Assembly (NCBI GenBank): GCA_963699475.1
Contig: CAVOUA010000013.1
Location: 4,978-68,977 of the forward strand
DNA length: 64,000 nt
Direction: 5' to 3'
DNA from: an uncultured Ignavibacteriaceae bacterium
Lineage (GTDB): Bacteria; Bacteroidota; Ignavibacteria; Ignavibacteriales; Ignavibacteriaceae
Made by a program: the position numbers and the translations under genes. Positions 61,174 to 64,000 of the stretch are shown here, piece by piece. Every line of letters starts with the position of its first letter. The first letter of the stretch is position 1. A model generated the notes under the pieces. The model was not told the DNA's origin and made no database searches. It saw only the letters and a list, made by a program, of their open reading frames with translations.

Positions 61174-61602
61174 TATAGTTATCCACAGGTTTAGATTTAA
61201 GCAAAGATAGCATTTAGAGGCCAATGTTAAAAAATTGTTATGCTCATCAGGTCCATTATAAACAACTTATAAACATCAAGTAAAGCCAGATAAAGCCTTA
61301 TAATTAAACGTTTTTAGTGCTTTATTAAAAATTTTTCACACATGCTCACTGCCCTGATTGAGCATGCTTATGTGTTGGCAAATGTGAAACGTTTTCACAA
61401 AGTCGAAAAACCCACAACTTATCAACATCTATAAGCACACGCCTCTCAACCAAAAAATAACACATCATAGTATTCATAGCAAATAATATTTTTAAGTTAA
61501 GATTAAAATTGATGCCTGTATCCAAATAAAAATAATATTCTTGATAATAAGAGCTTAAGGAAGTATTTTTGGGCTCTTTTTTAATGAAATTGGAGAAATA
61601 AA
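61174..61602. other. Candidate oriC / dnaA promoter region (rpmH-dnaA intergenic)
   Basis: 429-bp AT-rich spacer between the divergent rpmH and dnaA. It has one perfect DnaA box and one 8/9 box, TTATCAACA (61419..61427). Two 7/9 boxes, TTATAAACA, lie at 61256..61264 and 61267..61275. The 61480..61560 stretch is very AT-rich. Confidence 0.5.
61179..61187 (+). promoter_or_regulatory. Perfect DnaA box (TTATCCACA)
   Basis: Exact 9-mer TTATCCACA, 6 nt upstream of the dnaA start codon. Confidence 0.6.
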
Positions 61603-61746
61603 ATGAAAAGAACATATCAGCCTAGCAATAGAAAAAGAAAAAACAAACATGGCTTTAGGGAAAGAATGAAAACAAAGAATGGAAGAATCGTACTTTCGCG
61701 AAGAAGATCAAAGGGCAGAAAAAAATTAACAGTTAGTGACGAATAA
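61603..61746 (+). CDS. rpmH: 50S ribosomal protein L34
   Basis: [47 protein letters not shown] (47 aa). It is too short for the supplied ORF track. GGAGAAA RBS upstream. Confidence 0.93.
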   Translation: MKRTYQPSNRKRKNKHGFRERMKTKNGRIVLSRRRSKGRKKLTVSDE

Positions 61747-61759
61747 TTAATTAGCCCGG

Positions 61760-62167
61760 ATGTTAACAAAAAAAGCCAAATTCTTTGGTAGGTTAAAAAA
61801 TGAAAACGATATTGAGATAGTGTACAAGAAAGGCAAAGTTATTATATCTGATGACCGAAAAATTAAAGCTTGCTACCTTTCTATTGTTAATGTAACAAGT
61901 CGAGCAAAGATTACAACAGCCGTCTCATCAAAAACGGGCAACAGTGTTTGGAGAAACAGATTAAAAAGAATAATCAGAGAATCCTTAACGCAAGAAAAAT
62001 TGTTTTTGAGGGAAATTGTATTTAATAATAAGTTGGAACTATCAATAATTTTTTCTCCATATAAGATTAATCAAATAAGCCACCAGCAGCTGTATCTCAA
62101 GGATATAAAACCCGCTGTTACGGACATACTAATGAAGATAAGTAAATCAACGAAACACATTGGATAG
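61760..62167 (+). CDS. rnpA: Ribonuclease P protein component
   Basis: 135-aa basic protein directly after rpmH. The RNRLKRIIRE motif matches the RnpA RNR motif. Confidence 0.85.
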   Translation: MLTKKAKFFGRLKNENDIEIVYKKGKVIISDDRKIKACYLSIVNVTSRAKITTAVSSKTGNSVWRNRLKRIIRESLTQEKLFLREIVFNNKLELSIIFSPYKINQISHQQLYLKDIKPAVTDILMKISKSTKHIG

Positions 62168-64000
62168 AAACACAACCATAGCATTTATACTTATTGGCGC
62201 CATTCTGGTAGTCTGGTTGTTTATCAACACTCCCGAGCAAACAGAAAAGCCAAAAAAAGAACAAGATACTACCACAGTCATTGAGAAGAAGGCAGAAGAA
62301 CCACCCAAAGTTATTGTCGAAGAAAAGAAAATAGCGGCAAGCGACACCGAACAAAAAGAAGAAACACAAATTGGAATGTTTTCAAAAGCAAGAACCGATT
62401 CTGGAAGAATAATCACTATTGAAACAGACCTGGCAATCTATGAGCTATCTACAAAAGGAGGAAACTTTCAAAAGGTCTTCTTAAAGAAGTTTAACAATTG
62501 GTACTCTTCAGGTGTTAACGGAGACAGAGATTTCTATAAAACCTCAGTACAATTAATAAACAGCTCTATTAGTAACGCCTATAATATTTCTTTTATAAGC
62601 TTCGAAGGCAAGGCGATAAATACTAAATCGCTTAACTTTACAACAACACCACAAAGCCGACATACAATTACAGGCGAAGACACTTTATTAATTGTTTTTA
62701 GAATGGAGCTAAGCTCTAATAGAGCGATAGAGAAAAGATATTCTTTCAAAGCAGGGACGTATTTAATAAAAAGCGAAATTGATTTTATAGGATTCAGTGG
62801 ACTCATAAACGATAATACCTACGATATTTCCTGGGACTCAGGCATCAGACTCGTAGAAAAGAACAGTGTAAATGAGGCAGGCTTTTCAAGCGCAGACATA
62901 TACTATGGTGATGAAAAAGTTGTTATTGATGCACCTGGAGACGGCGAAAAAGTCCAGAGAGATTTTAATGGAAGAGTTGACTGGCTTGCGGTCAGGAACA
63001 AATATTTTGCAGCGATTATGATTCCCACCGACCCCGCCCAGGTTGAGGGCGCCTATGTTGAGGGCCAGACTTTTCCAATCACAAAAAATCTTGGGCTGAA
63101 AGAAATTTATAACGCACGACTTGTTATGCCATTTAAAGATCTTGATTTAGAGAGAGTATCCATTAACCTCTACGTCGGTCCGGTTGACTATGATTTGCTT
63201 AAACAAATTAGTCTAAATTTAACGGCGCTTGTTGACTTTGGAACATTTTTCGGCTTGAAGTTTATCGTAAGACCAATAGCAGAATATTTACTTTTACCCC
63301 TTCTCAAATTCTTAAACATGTTCATTCCGAACTATGGATTTGTAATCATCATCTTCTCGTTAATAATTAAAATTATCGTTTACCCGCTGACACGTAAAAG
63401 CTTTCAGTCGATGAAAAAAATGCAACTCTTACAGCCAAAGATAACGGAGCTAAAAGAAAAGTTTAAAGATGATCCGCAAAAGACGAACAAGGAGACGATG
63501 AAGCTGTATTCGACGTATGGCGTTAACCCTGCCGGCGGCTGCTTACCTATACTTTTGCAAATGCCAATATTTATTGCTCTCTGGGGACTCTTTCAGGCAG
63601 CAACTGAATTACGTCAACAGCCGTTCATTTTTTGGATTAAAGACCTTTCTGTGCCGGATGTTATTTATGACCTTGGTTTCAAACTTCCCCTTTTTGGTAT
63701 TCAGGAAATTAGTGGGCTGGCAATTTTGATGGGGGTTACAACATTCTTTCAACAAAAAATGTCTATTAAGGATCCAAAACAGCAAGCGCTTATTTATATG
63801 ATGCCCGTAATGCTGACCATTCTTTTTATGACCTTTCCATCTGGACTAAACTTGTATTACTTTATGTTTAATGTTTTTTCAATTGCACAACAGTATTATA
63901 TAAATCATAAGCAAAGCGATGTTGAACTGGTGCCAATTGATCCATCAAAAAGAAAAAAGGGCTTTATGCAGCGACTTATGGAATCGGCCGAACAACAGGC
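62160..64000 (+). CDS. yidC: Membrane protein insertase YidC (3' end outside the window)
   Basis: The frame is open from 62142 to the window end, so it is absent from the ORF track. It has an N-terminal TM (TIAFILIGAILVVWLF), a large periplasmic domain and a conserved 60-kDa-IMP core. The core reads YGFVIIIFSLIIKIIVYPLT.KSFQSMKKMQ.LQPKI.ELKEK...MKLY...GVNPAGGCLPILLQMPIFIALW. The TTG 62160 start is tentative. Confidence 0.9.
   Translation, partial: MDRNTTIAFILIGAILVVWLFINTPEQTEKPKKEQDTTTVIEKKAEEPPKVIVEEKKIAASDTEQKEETQIGMFSKARTDSGRIITIETDLAIYELSTKGGNFQKVFLKKFNNWYSSGVNGDRDFYKTSVQLINSSISNAYNISFISFEGKAINTKSLNFTTTPQSRHTITGEDTLLIVFRMELSSNRAIEKRYSFKAGTYLIKSEIDFIGFSGLINDNTYDISWDSGIRLVEKNSVNEAGFSSADIYYGDEKVVIDAPGDGEKVQRDFNGRVDWLAVRNKYFAAIMIPTDPAQVEGAYVEGQTFPITKNLGLKEIYNARLVMPFKDLDLERVSINLYVGPVDYDLLKQISLNLTALVDFGTFFGLKFIVRPIAEYLLLPLLKFLNMFIPNYGFVIIIFSLIIKIIVYPLTRKSFQSMKKMQLLQPKITELKEKFKDDPQKTNKETMKLYSTYGVNPAGGCLPILLQMPIFIALWGLFQAATELRQQPFIFWIKDLSVPDVIYDLGFKLPLFGIQEISGLAILMGVTTFFQQKMSIKDPKQQALIYMMPVMLTILFMTFPSGLNLYYFMFNVFSIAQQYYINHKQSDVELVPIDPSKRKKGFMQRLMESAEQQ

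Overview
AT-rich bacterial chromosome segment that includes the replication-origin neighbourhood. rpmH-rnpA-yidC (61.6-64 kb, + strand) diverges from dnaA-[small lipoprotein]-dnaN-recF-DUF721-gyrB-gyrA (51.9-61.2 kb, - strand). Going left from the origin:

(i) 31.9-50.3 kb is an island of six secreted beta-propeller / FG-GAP / delta-60-repeat proteins. Each ends in a type-9-secretion C-terminal sorting domain (NYPNPFNP...ETKKMxLLK). The island is built around a Y_Y_Y-propeller histidine kinase and a LuxR/NarL response regulator. This suggests an FCB-group organism (Ignavibacteria/Bacteroidota-like); that is an inference only.

(ii) 12-31.8 kb holds housekeeping and accessory genes: hemL, a 5'-nucleotidase, a KamA-type radical-SAM enzyme plus aminotransferase, an NPP phosphodiesterase, a tight hemH-pduS-pduT operon, dCMP deaminase, transporters, and a rhodanese/DUF2892/DUF302/thioredoxin operon.

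(iii) tRNA-Lys(CTT) lies at 11.8 kb.

(iv) 0-11.6 kb carries five tandem paralogous SpoIIE/PP2C (RsbU-like) phosphatases with different sensor modules, plus a FIST protein.

Main second-look items:
- A conserved palindrome fused at identical spacing to -35/-10 hexamers at three promoters around the response regulator (a candidate operator and regulon).
- An orphan PduS/PduT (microcompartment redox) pair translationally linked to ferrochelatase.
- A six-module 'beads-on-a-string' sensor phosphatase.
- A G+C-rich outlier propeller gene.
- A 349-bp tandem duplication carrying an orphan sorting domain.
- About two dozen single-base frame changes clustered in a few positional patches. These are more likely local consensus errors than gene decay.

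No CRISPR array, rRNA, transposase or integrase was seen.
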